A stretch of 28,110 nt of DNA from Dehalococcoidia bacterium (GCA_964291495.2 OZ219869.1:1-28110), one strand, 5' to 3'. Positions 7,757 through 16,309 are shown, counted from the stretch's first letter. A program made the numbers and translations. The notes: a model not told the origin generated them from the letters alone.

Positions 7757-8650
7757 TTAGTGTCCTCCCACCGACGGGATGTCCTCGCCGCGTGCCCGCC
7801 GAGCCGCCTGCTCCAGCGTGCGCCTGGTCAGCACCGCGGAGAGGTGCTTGCGTTGCTTGATCGAACCCCGCATGTCGTCGATCGGCGTCGCGGCGTCCCG
7901 GGAGGCTGCCGCGGCGGCCTCGATCGTCTCGTCCGTCAGCGGCTTGCCGACGAGTGCGTCGGCCGCGCCCTGCACGAGCAGCGGCGTCGGCGCCACCGCT
8001 CCGATCGAGACGCGCGCCCAGCGCACGGTGTCGCCGTCCAGCTTCACCGCCGAGGCGGCGTTGCAGACCGCGATGTCCATCTCGTTACGGGGAATGAAGC
8101 GCAGGAAGCGCGCGCCCCCGCTGGGGTCCGGCGCGGGGAACGAGATCGAGACCAGGAACTCGCCCTGCTCGAGCACGTTGCGGCCCGGACCCGTGCAGAA
8201 GTCCTCGACCGGCACGGAGCGCTCGCCGTTCGGGCCGGCGATGTTCGCGACGCCCTCGAGCACGATCTGCGTTGGGATCGTGTCGCCGGAGGGCGAGGAG
8301 TTGCAGAGGTTCCCGCCGAAGCTGGCGCGCCCCTGGATCCCCGTACCGCCGATCAGCGTCGCGGAGTCGATGATCGCCGGGTAGTTCTCGACGATGTCCG
8401 CGTTGCCGTAGAGCTCGTAGCATGGCGTCGCCGCGCCGATCGTGAGGCCCGAGCCCGGATCCCACTCGATGGCCGTCAGTTCCGGAATCTGCTTCACGTC
8501 CACCAGCACGTCGATGTTCCTGACGCGCGCGCGGGCGATGACGATCACGTCCGTCCCACCAGCGAGCGGACGGGCCCCGTCGCCTCCTTCGTTCAGTTGT
8601 TCGATGGCCTCCGCGACGGTGGTAGGCCGGACCACCTTCAACGCTTGCAA
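7757..8650 (-). CDS. FAD-binding medium subunit, CoxM/CutM family, about 297 aa
   Basis: PLAGGTDV, IQGRASFGGNLCNSSPSGD and PIDDMRGS; TTG start at 8650 preceded by GGGAGGG. Confidence 0.95.
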   Translation of the reverse strand: MQALKVVRPTTVAEAIEQLNEGGDGARPLAGGTDVIVIARARVRNIDVLVDVKQIPELTAIEWDPGSGLTIGAATPCYELYGNADIVENYPAIIDSATLIGGTGIQGRASFGGNLCNSSPSGDTIPTQIVLEGVANIAGPNGERSVPVEDFCTGPGRNVLEQGEFLVSISFPAPDPSGGARFLRFIPRNEMDIAVCNAASAVKLDGDTVRWARVSIGAVAPTPLLVQGAADALVGKPLTDETIEAAAAASRDAATPIDDMRGSIKQRKHLSAVLTRRTLEQAARRARGEDIPSVGGH

Positions 8651-8697
8651 ATGCGTATCCCTCCCTGCCGTTGGCGAGCGAGCGCACGCCGCCGCGC

Positions 8698-8703
8698 AGC
8701 ATA
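8698..8703 (-). promoter_or_regulatory. Putative -10 element (TATGCT) of the Mo-enzyme operon
   Basis: TANNNT hexamer 47 nt upstream of the TTG start, in a divergent intergenic region. Confidence 0.45.
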
Positions 8704-8852
8704 CCGCAGGATCGCGGCACTGCGCAGTCTGCGGCGAGGCGTTCCGCCTGCCGTTGGCGGTGGCGCTCGTCCGCGCGCTGTACCGGCCCCCGCACGGGCC
8801 GTACGATGATCTCCGGACGGCACACGCCGCGGGACACGACGCCGGGGGACGG

Positions 8853-9125
8853 ATGAACGAGAAGCAGCAGTTCGGCCTCGCCGCGGCCGCCTTCGTCGCG
8901 GGCGTCGCCTGGGGCTCGTTCCGCCATCGCGGCAACGGCCACGCGGGCGCCCTCGCGCTGCTCCAGGGCTGCGAGTGGTTCATCGCCTACGGCGGCGCCG
9001 CCGTGCTGATCGGCTGGCTGCGCGACGCCCTCGACCCGCCCGGCGAGGACGGCCCCGACCCGCTCGTCGATGAGCGCGTCACCCGCATCCGCCGCGTGGT
9101 CACCGAGCAATCGACCGAGGATTGA
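8853..9125 (+). CDS. Small hypothetical membrane protein, 90 aa
   Basis: MNEKQQFGLAAAAFVAGVAWG... with two hydrophobic segments and strong GC3 bias; TACGAT at 8802-8807 upstream; first gene of a 3-gene unit. Confidence 0.65.
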   Translation: MNEKQQFGLAAAAFVAGVAWGSFRHRGNGHAGALALLQGCEWFIAYGGAAVLIGWLRDALDPPGEDGPDPLVDERVTRIRRVVTEQSTED

Positions 9126-9144
9126 CCCGCGGCGGCCGCCGGCG

Positions 9145-9654
9145 ATGACCCGAATCCTGCTGGTCTACGACAGCCGCGCCGGCCTCGTGCAGCAGCTTGC
9201 CGACGCCGTCGGCGAGGGCGTGCGCGCCATCGAGGGCGCGGAGCTGCGCAGCCTGCGCATCGGGGAGGCCGATCCGCTGGAGCTGCTGCACTGCGACGCG
9301 TTGATCCTCGGTTCTCCGAACTGGACAGGCGTGACCGGCGAGCTGAAGGTCTGGCTCGACCAGTCCGGCGATCTCTGGGAGTCCGGCGAGTTGGCGGGCA
9401 AGCCGGGCGCCGCGTTCGCCGCCGGCTGGTCGCCGCACGGCGGGCTGGAGGCAACCCTGCAACAGCTCATGCACCTGCTGGTCGGGCACGGCATGATCTT
9501 CGTCGGCCTGCCCTGGAGCGAGCGCATGCGGCGATCCGGTTCCTACTACGGCGCGACGGCAGCGGGGACCGTCACCGACGAGGACCGCGAACAGGCGCGC
9601 GCCCTCGGGCGGCGCGTCGCCCGGCTGGCCGTCCGCCTCGAGGGCGCATCGTGA
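9145..9654 (+). CDS. WrbA-like flavodoxin-fold NAD(P)H:quinone oxidoreductase, 169 aa
   Basis: ILLVYDSRAG, DALILGSPNW, LAGKPGAAF, HGGLEATL, GMIFVG and ARALGRRVA. Confidence 0.88.
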   Translation: MTRILLVYDSRAGLVQQLADAVGEGVRAIEGAELRSLRIGEADPLELLHCDALILGSPNWTGVTGELKVWLDQSGDLWESGELAGKPGAAFAAGWSPHGGLEATLQQLMHLLVGHGMIFVGLPWSERMRRSGSYYGATAAGTVTDEDREQARALGRRVARLAVRLEGAS

Positions 9655-10445
9655 GCACGCACGACGGCGAGCCGGGCGAGGGCGGCGAGGCCATCGTGCC
9701 GCTGGCCGCGCGCGCCCGCGCGCTGCTGGAAGCGCCGCCCTGGAACGACCGCCCCTACGTGCTCACCCTGCTCGCCGTGGAGCCGCCCGAGGGCGCACCG
9801 GTGGGTCCGCAGCGCCTCTGGCTCGTCGTCGACGCGGCCGACGTGCGCGACCTGGACACGGAGTGGCGCGAGCCGCTGCTGCGCCATCGCCTGCGGCGCG
9901 CCGGCGACGAGTCGTTCGAGACGACCGTGGTCACGACGGACGGCATCGAGGCGCTGCTCGACGGCGTCTCGCGCCGATCGCTGGAGGTCCGCTGGGAGTT
10001 CCGCCACGCGGACCCGCTGCACGATCCCAGCGGGCGCGCGGAGCGCCTCGCGGCGGCCGCGCGGCGCCTGCCCGGCGAGGCGCTGGAGCGCCTTGCGCGC
10101 CCGCTCTACCTGCAGGCCGGTCGCGCGCTGGAGGCGCTGGCGCGCGCGCACGCGGCCTCGAGCGAGGCGAGCGAGGCGCTCGCCGGCGGCGAGGCGGCAA
10201 GCGCGCTCACGCGGCTGGCCTGCATCCTGGAGGAGGGCGCGCATCCGACGGCGGACTGGCTGGACGCCGCGGCGCGCCAGACCGGGCTGGGACGCCGCAT
10301 CGCGCCCTGGCTGGACACGCGCTCCCCGGCCACGAGCGACGCCGTCCTCGCCGAGGCCGCGGCGGCGCTGCGCGCCTACTTCGCGGATCGCGAGTGGCTG
10401 CGCGAGCCTGAGACCTACGCCTTGCGACCGCCGCCGCGACAGTAG
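9651..10445 (+). CDS. Hypothetical protein, 264 aa (possible degenerate nucleotidyltransferase-like fold with helical C-terminus)
   Basis: GTGA overlap with the upstream stop; host-like codon bias; PLHDPSG motif. Confidence 0.7.
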   Translation: MSTHDGEPGEGGEAIVPLAARARALLEAPPWNDRPYVLTLLAVEPPEGAPVGPQRLWLVVDAADVRDLDTEWREPLLRHRLRRAGDESFETTVVTTDGIEALLDGVSRRSLEVRWEFRHADPLHDPSGRAERLAAAARRLPGEALERLARPLYLQAGRALEALARAHAASSEASEALAGGEAASALTRLACILEEGAHPTADWLDAAARQTGLGRRIAPWLDTRSPATSDAVLAEAAAALRAYFADREWLREPETYALRPPPRQ

Positions 10446-10454
10446 CGGCGCGAG

Positions 10455-11990
10455 CTACTGCTCGCGATCGATGACGTAGTCTTCACGCACCCACGAGGCG
10501 ACGTCGTCCACCTGAGCCAACAACCAGCCCTCGCAGCGCCCGCTCCCGATCTCGATCACCTCGATGGCCTGGCCCTCCGGCCAGCCTTCGCCGGGGGCGG
10601 AGAAGCGGGCGGCGTCAGCGCAGTCGTCGCGGAGGGAGACGCCGTCGCCGTCGGTGTTCCCGATCGCCCGTTCGAGCGAGAGCGAGGGTGGCAGCGTAGC
10701 GGTCGGCGTCGCGGTCTCTGTGGGCGTCGGCGTAGGCGTGGGCGTCGCCGTGTCTGTGGGCGTCGCTGTCGGTGTACGGGTCGGCGGCGGCGTGGAAGTC
10801 GCCGTCGGCGAGGGCGTCGCCGCCGGGACGGGGGTGGCGGTGGCCTCCGGTGGCGCCGTGCCCGTGATGCCGTCCACGAAGTCGCCGACCGCCGCCGCCG
10901 CGGCGTCCGAGGCATCGAGCGCGCGATCGACCGGCCAGGTCCGCGTCCCAAGCAGGGCGAGCCCGACGAGGATCACGCCGACCGCGAACGCTCCGAGGAA
11001 GGCGACGACGATCCCGCAGGTGAAGTAGTCGGCGAGGGTGACCCTGCGGGACTCCTCCGGCGCTGCCTCGGGCTCCACCGCCTCCGGTTCTTCCGGCTCT
11101 TCCTCGGCGGCCGGGATCGGCTCCAGCAGCTCCTCGACGGCGTCCGCGACCGTGTCGAGGGCGTCGCGCAGCCACTCCGCAGCCTCTGCCACGTAGCCGT
11201 CCACGTACTCGCCGCTGGAGGGATGGGCCCAGCTGCGGCGCAGCCGGAGCACCGTGCGCAACAGCGAGCGCTCCGGTCCGCTGAGGTCGCAGTGCTCCAG
11301 CGCGATCGCCGTGAAGTCGGCGGGGCCGAGCAGGCCCACGAGCTCCTCGGCCGTCAGCAGCGCCGCAGCCTCGACGTGTCGTTCGACCGCCGCCCGCCGT
11401 TGCTCGCCGACGCGCCGCTCCCACCATTCTTCGGGCGACTCGCGCTCGGCCCAGGCGACGAAGACGCGGCGTATCCCGTCGCCGTGGCGCTTGATCTCCT
11501 CGCTGAGTTCCACGTAGGCGCTGCGCGGCGGATCGCCGCCCTCGCGCAGCGCGAGCAGCTCCGCAGCGGCCGGCAGCTGGTAGTAGGCCAGCGCCTCGTG
11601 CATCGCGCTGAGCGCCTGATCGACATCCTCCGTGGCGTAGTCGCCCTCGGGAGGATCGGACCAGCGCTCCTGCAGCTCCTGCACCTGGAGCATTAGCTCC
11701 GTCGTGCGGTCGTTGGCGCGGAAGCGCTCCCTGAAGATCGCGGCGAAGTGCCGCGCGTCGAGGAACTCGGTGCCGGCCTTCGGCAGCACGCCCTCGCGCG
11801 CCTCGTCGAGGTCGTCGTCGTGCAGCCTGCGTTCGCGGTCGAGGGCGGCGATCTGCTCGGCGGAGAGGCTTGTGAGGACGTACTCGTCCCACCAGTCCTC
11901 GCGCACGCGGCGGTCGATGTAGCGGCGCAGCGAGTCCGTGTAGCGCTTCAGCCCGTAGCTGAGCCGTGCGTAGTTGCTGGCCGGGCTCAC
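10455..11990 (-). CDS. Bitopic membrane protein: two tandem Swt1-like HEPN-type repeats, acidic linker, TM helix, Pro/Thr linker, C-terminal SH3b-like domain; 511 aa
   Basis: Internal duplication visible by eye; RRSWAH (R-X4-H) in repeat 2; TM segment YFTCGIVVAFLGAFAVGVILVGLALLG; GNTDGDGVSLR...WPEG...W...WVREDYV; GGGAG Shine-Dalgarno before the GTG. Confidence 0.8.
   Translation of the reverse strand: MSPASNYARLSYGLKRYTDSLRRYIDRRVREDWWDEYVLTSLSAEQIAALDRERRLHDDDLDEAREGVLPKAGTEFLDARHFAAIFRERFRANDRTTELMLQVQELQERWSDPPEGDYATEDVDQALSAMHEALAYYQLPAAAELLALREGGDPPRSAYVELSEEIKRHGDGIRRVFVAWAERESPEEWWERRVGEQRRAAVERHVEAAALLTAEELVGLLGPADFTAIALEHCDLSGPERSLLRTVLRLRRSWAHPSSGEYVDGYVAEAAEWLRDALDTVADAVEELLEPIPAAEEEPEEPEAVEPEAAPEESRRVTLADYFTCGIVVAFLGAFAVGVILVGLALLGTRTWPVDRALDASDAAAAAVGDFVDGITGTAPPEATATPVPAATPSPTATSTPPPTRTPTATPTDTATPTPTPTPTETATPTATLPPSLSLERAIGNTDGDGVSLRDDCADAARFSAPGEGWPEGQAIEVIEIGSGRCEGWLLAQVDDVASWVREDYVIDREQ
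10690..10865 (-). repeat. Low-complexity Pro/Thr (TPTAT/PTPT) linker-coding repeats
   Basis: Encodes TAPPEATATPVPAATPSPTATSTPPPTRTPTATPTDTATPTPTPTPTETATPTATLPP. Confidence 0.85.
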
Positions 11991-12014
11991 GCGCGGCTCC
12001 CGTCCATCATCGTG

Positions 12015-13181
12015 CTAGCCGTCGCCCCGCGCCTGCTCCAGCAGGCGGCGCGCGATCACCAGGCGCTGCACCTCGTTCGTCCCCTCGCCGACGATCAGCA
12101 GGGGCGCGTCGCGGAAGTAGCGCTCCACCGGCAGATCCTGCATGTAGCCGGCGCCGCCGTGGATGCGCAGGCCCTCAAGGGCGCACATCTGCGCCGCCTC
12201 CGTGGCGAACAGCTTGGCCTGACCGGCCTCGAGGTCCACGCGCTGCCCGGCGTCCTTCAGGCGCGCCGCGCGCTGCGTGAGCAGGCGGGCCGCCTCGATC
12301 GCCACGGACATGTCGGCGAGCTTGATCTGGATCGCCTGGTGCTCGGCGATCGGCACGCCGAAGGTGTGGCGCTCCTGCGCGTAGGCGAGGGCGTCCTCGT
12401 AGGCCGCGCGCGCCAGGCCGACCCCGCGCGCGGCGACGTTGAGGCGGCCCAGTTCGAGGCCCGCCATCACCTGCTGGAAGCCGCGTCCCGCGCCGCCGAC
12501 GAGGTTGCCGGCGGGCACGGCGCAGTCCTCGAAGAACAGCTCGGAGGTTTCGATGCCGCGGTAGCCGAGCTTCTCGAAGTCGCGCCCGACGCTAAAGCCC
12601 GGCGTGCCGCGCTCGACGACGAAGACCGCCATGCCGCGATGCGGCGGCTGCGCCGCCGGGTCCGTCCTGGCGAGGACGGCGACGTAGCGAGCGCGCCTGC
12701 CGTTGGTGATGAACTGCTTCTGGCCGTTCAGCACGTACACGTCGCCGTCGCGGCGCGCCGTCGTGGCGATCGCCTGCACGTCGCTGCCCGCGCCCGGCTC
12801 GGTGAGCGCGAGGGCGCCCTGCGCCTCGCCCGAGGCGAGGCCGGGCAGGAAGCGCGCTTGCTGCTCGTCGCTGCCGAAGCGCTCGATGATGTGGGCGAGG
12901 ATGAGGTGCGAGTTGAAGACCCCGGCCAGCGTCATCCAGCCGCGCGAGACCTCCTCGACGGCGGCGACGTAGGTCTCGTAGCTCAGACCCGCGCCGCCGT
13001 TGGCGGGGTCGAGGACCGCGCCGAACAGGCCGAGGTCGCGCAGGTCCTGCACCAATTCGGCGGGGTACTCGTCGCGCAGCTCGTACTCGCGCGCGACGGG
13101 CAGGACGCGGCGGCGCACCCAGTCCCGCAGGTTGGCGACCAGCAGCTCGCGCGCCTCGTCGCTCGCGGGCAGCGCGGTCAT
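12015..13181 (-). CDS. Acyl-CoA dehydrogenase (possibly methylsuccinyl-CoA dehydrogenase-like), 388 aa
   Basis: ALALTEPGAGSD, LNGQKQFITNG, KLGYRG, IHGGAGY and ERYFRDAPLLIVGEGTNEVQRLVIAR; ATGA overlap with the upstream gene. Confidence 0.95.
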   Translation of the reverse strand: MTALPASDEARELLVANLRDWVRRRVLPVAREYELRDEYPAELVQDLRDLGLFGAVLDPANGGAGLSYETYVAAVEEVSRGWMTLAGVFNSHLILAHIIERFGSDEQQARFLPGLASGEAQGALALTEPGAGSDVQAIATTARRDGDVYVLNGQKQFITNGRRARYVAVLARTDPAAQPPHRGMAVFVVERGTPGFSVGRDFEKLGYRGIETSELFFEDCAVPAGNLVGGAGRGFQQVMAGLELGRLNVAARGVGLARAAYEDALAYAQERHTFGVPIAEHQAIQIKLADMSVAIEAARLLTQRAARLKDAGQRVDLEAGQAKLFATEAAQMCALEGLRIHGGAGYMQDLPVERYFRDAPLLIVGEGTNEVQRLVIARRLLEQARGDG

Positions 13182-14413
13182 CGGGCGGGCGCCCTGTCGA
13201 GACCGGCGACGACACCCGCCTTGCGCAGCGCGGCGATCCGCTCCGCGTCGTAGCCGAGCACCGAGGCCAGGACGTCCTCGCTGTCCTCGCCCAGCGCCGA
13301 GGCGGCCCGGTAGTCCGGCTCGTCGCCGACGAAGCGGAACGGCGTGGCGATCTGCTGCAACGAACCGAAACGCTCGTGTTCGACCTCGATGATGTCGCCG
13401 CGCTCGCGCAGGAACTCGTCGGCGAGCGCCTCCGGGACCCCTCGAGGGACGGCGACGGGCACGATCCCGAGCAGCGCCTCCATCCACTTCGCCGTCGGTC
13501 GCTGCGCGAACACCTCGGACAGCAGCGCGACGAGCGTCTCGCGGTGCTCGAGGCGGCCTGCGGCGTTGGCGAAGCGCGGGTCGGCGGCGAGGTCCGGGCG
13601 CTCGATCGCCTCGCAGAGCGCGCCGTAGAACGACTCCTTGTTGCACATCACGAAGATGTGCCCGTCCGCCGTCGCGAAGACCTGCGAGGGCACCAGGCTG
13701 GGATGCGCCGAGCCCGGCAGACGCTCCGGCTGGTAGCCGCGCGTGAGATGCCAGGAGGCCACGTAGTTCAGCATCCCCAGCCCGATCTCGTAGAGCGAGA
13801 GGTCGATGTCCGCGCCTCGACCCGTGCGCTGCGCCTGCTGCACACCGGCCAGCAGCGCGAACGCCGCCGCGTAGCCCGCGGACCAATCGACGACCGAGAC
13901 GCCGGAGCGCGTCGGCGGGCCGCCCGGCTCGCCGGTGATCGCCATGTAGCCAAGCTCCGCCTGGATCAGGTAGTCGAAGGCCGGCTCGCTGGCGCGCGAC
14001 CCGCTCGCGCCGTAGCCGCTGAGCCAGCAGCAGACGATGCGCGGGTTGCGATGGCGCAGGTGCTCGTACGTCAGGCCGAGCCGCGCCGGGCCGTCGCCCC
14101 GCAGGTTGCAGAACAGCGCGTCCGAAACCTCGACGAGGTCGCCAAGGACGGCGGCGCCCTCGGGCGAGCGGAGGTCGAGCGCGAGGCTGCGCTTGCCGCG
14201 GTTGAGCGCCTGGAAGAAGAGGCTGTCCTGCTCCTCGGCGTAGGGGGGCACGTAGCGGCCCATGTCACCGCCCGCCGCCGGATCCTCGATCTTGATCACG
14301 TCCGCGCCGAGGTCGGCGAGGTGCAGCGTCGCGAACGGGCCGGCCCCGTACTGGTCGACCGCGATCACGCGCAGCCCCTCGAGCGGCCGCGGCGGCGTTC
14401 CCTCGGCGCTCAC
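13178..14413 (-). CDS. Family III CoA-transferase (CaiB/BaiF)
   Basis: PLEGLRVI, AGPFATLHLADLGADVIKIE, LNRGKRSLALDL, SGYG and catalytic-Asp region SVVDWSAG; GTGA overlap with the MaoC stop. Confidence 0.95.
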   Translation of the reverse strand: MSAEGTPPRPLEGLRVIAVDQYGAGPFATLHLADLGADVIKIEDPAAGGDMGRYVPPYAEEQDSLFFQALNRGKRSLALDLRSPEGAAVLGDLVEVSDALFCNLRGDGPARLGLTYEHLRHRNPRIVCCWLSGYGASGSRASEPAFDYLIQAELGYMAITGEPGGPPTRSGVSVVDWSAGYAAAFALLAGVQQAQRTGRGADIDLSLYEIGLGMLNYVASWHLTRGYQPERLPGSAHPSLVPSQVFATADGHIFVMCNKESFYGALCEAIERPDLAADPRFANAAGRLEHRETLVALLSEVFAQRPTAKWMEALLGIVPVAVPRGVPEALADEFLRERGDIIEVEHERFGSLQQIATPFRFVGDEPDYRAASALGEDSEDVLASVLGYDAERIAALRKAGVVAGLDRAPAR

Positions 14414-14934
14414 GCCGCGCCACCGTCCGCCGGGCGGCACGGCAGCAGTACCGAGCGCCGGAACGACAGCACCGGCTCGCCGCGCTGGTTCTCGGCGATT
14501 GTCTCCACCTCGAGGACGCCGCGGTCGGGGCGGCGTTCGCTGGACCGCACGTCCAGCACGGTCGAGCGCGCGTAGATCGTGTCGCCGTGGAAGGTGGGGC
14601 CGAGGTGGCGCACCGCGTCGTACCGGAGGTTGGCGATCGCTCGCCCGGAGATGTCGCGCACGGTCATGCCGACGACGAGGCTGAAGACGAGCGTCCCGAC
14701 CACGAGGCGCTGCCCGTGCTGCGTGCCCTCGGCGTAGGCCGCGTCGCTGTGCACCGGGTGCTGGTTCATCGTCAGCGCGGCGAAGAGTGTGTCGTCGTAC
14801 TCGGTGATGGTGCGGCCCGGCCAGTGGACGAACTCGTCGCCCGGCACGAAGTCGTCGAGGTAGCGTCCGAAGGTCTCGCGACCGTCGTGCCGCCGGGGAT
14901 CGCGCGCCTCCGGCGGTGTGGCTGTGTCGCCCAT
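14410..14934 (-). CDS. MaoC-family (R)-specific enoyl-CoA hydratase/dehydratase
   Basis: GRYLDDF, HWPGRTITEYD, TMNQHPVHSD, PTFHGDTIYA and NQRGEPV. Confidence 0.93.
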   Translation of the reverse strand: MGDTATPPEARDPRRHDGRETFGRYLDDFVPGDEFVHWPGRTITEYDDTLFAALTMNQHPVHSDAAYAEGTQHGQRLVVGTLVFSLVVGMTVRDISGRAIANLRYDAVRHLGPTFHGDTIYARSTVLDVRSSERRPDRGVLEVETIAENQRGEPVLSFRRSVLLPCRPADGGAA

Positions 14935-15030
14935 CGTGCTCCCGTCACCCGTGAGCCGCGCGAGTCCGCCGCGCGAACGGCCCCTGTGAGGATAACGCGG
15001 TCCGGGCGGCTGGGGTTCCTGAGCCCTCGA

Positions 15031-16290
15031 TCAGCCCGACGCGGCGAGCGCCCGCGCGGGCGGGCGCTCGCCGAAGAGATCGAGCGCCAGGCGCTCGCGC
15101 AGCGCATCGACGCCCCAGCCATGCAACGCCGAGACGACCAGCGTCCCAATGTGCGGCAGGTCCGGGTGCGCCAGCGCCGACTCGTGCGCGGGATTCTCGC
15201 CGTCGAGGCGCGCGAGGTCGGACTCCGCGGCCGGCGGCGAGCCGTCCGGCAGCTCCAGCTCGTCGGCCTTGTTGAGCACGGTGAGCACCGGCCGGCCGGT
15301 CAGCTCGAGGTCGGCGAGCGTCTCCAGCACCGTCTCGCCCTGCGCCGCCGCCGCCGGTGAGCTCGCGTCGACGACGTGCAGCAGCATGTCGGCCGACTCG
15401 AGCTCCTCGAGCGTGGCGCGGAAGGCGGAGATCAGCTGCGTCGGCAGCTTCTGGATGAAGCCGACGGTGTCGGTCAGCAGGAAGGCGTGGCCGCCCGGCG
15501 CGCCGACGCGGCGGGTCAGCGGGTCGAGCGTCGCAAAGGGCGCGTCGGCGGTGAACGCTTCGCTGCCCGCGAGTGCCTGGAGCAGCGATGACTTGCCGGC
15601 GTTGGTGTAGCCGACGAGGGCCACCACCGGGATGCCGTCGCGCTCGCGGCGGCGGCGGTGCAGTGCGCGCTGCTTGCGCACGCTCTCGATCGAGCGCTTG
15701 AGGTGGCTGATGCGAGCGCCGACCAGGCGGCGGTCGGTCTCCAGCTGCGTCTCGCCCGGTCCGCGCGCGCCGATCGCGCCCTCGGTGCGTTCGAGGTGCC
15801 GCCACTGCCCGCGCAGGCGCGGCAGCAGGTACTCGTGCTGCGCCAGCTCCACCTGCAGCGCCGCTTCCCGGGTGCGGGCGCGGCTGGCGAAGATGTCGAG
15901 GATCAGCGCGCTGCGGTCCAGCACCTTCACGGCGAGCGCGGATTCGAGCCTTAGCTGCTGCGCGGGCGAGAGCTGCTCGTCGAAGATCACGAGCGTGTAG
16001 CCGGTGGTCTCCCGCGCGGCCTGGATCTCCTCGAGCTTGCCCGCGCCGATCCAGGTCGCCGGGTCGGGCCGAGGCCGCCGCTGCAACGCCTGCCCGACGA
16101 CGGTCGCGCCCGCGGTGCGGGCGAGCCGCGCCAGCTCGCGCAGCGACTCGCGAGGCGGCATGAGCGGCTTGCGCTGGTAGTCGAGGCCCACGAGGAAGGC
16201 GCGCTCCTGCACGGGGGCGGTCGCGTGCCCGCGCCCGTTCGCTGCTCCGCTGCCGCCGTTACGGCCGTTGCGAGTGCGCTTCCTCGGGAT
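15031..16290 (-). CDS. hflX: Ribosome-splitting GTPase HflX; start proposed at non-canonical ATC 16290 (first canonical in-frame start is GTG 16212)
   Basis: ILDIFASRART, GPGETQLETDRR, G1 GYTNAGKS, FATLDP, G3 DTVGF and G4 NKAD; GGAGGAGG just upstream of an in-frame ATC. Confidence 0.96.
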   Translation of the reverse strand: MPRKRTRNGRNGGSGAANGRGHATAPVQERAFLVGLDYQRKPLMPPRESLRELARLARTAGATVVGQALQRRPRPDPATWIGAGKLEEIQAARETTGYTLVIFDEQLSPAQQLRLESALAVKVLDRSALILDIFASRARTREAALQVELAQHEYLLPRLRGQWRHLERTEGAIGARGPGETQLETDRRLVGARISHLKRSIESVRKQRALHRRRRERDGIPVVALVGYTNAGKSSLLQALAGSEAFTADAPFATLDPLTRRVGAPGGHAFLLTDTVGFIQKLPTQLISAFRATLEELESADMLLHVVDASSPAAAAQGETVLETLADLELTGRPVLTVLNKADELELPDGSPPAAESDLARLDGENPAHESALAHPDLPHIGTLVVSALHGWGVDALRERLALDLFGERPPARALAASG

Positions 16291-16309
16291 CCGGTCCTCC
16301 TCCGGGGTC

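Noticed and set aside
5092-7860. 922-aa plus-strand ORF and other long antisense or off-frame ORFs (e.g. 11748-13253, 19086-21098, 22475-24223)
   Set aside because: These are shadows of real high-GC genes on the opposite strand, with no family motifs and R/A/G/P-rich composition
1609-8650. Aerobic CO dehydrogenase (coxMSL) call
   Set aside because: The active-site loop is AYRAPG, not AYxCSFR or AYxGAGR, and no coxDEFG accessory genes are present
10690-10865. Repetitive DNA that might suggest a CRISPR or VNTR array
   Set aside because: It is degenerate in-frame coding repeat for a Pro/Thr linker, with no constant repeat-spacer structure
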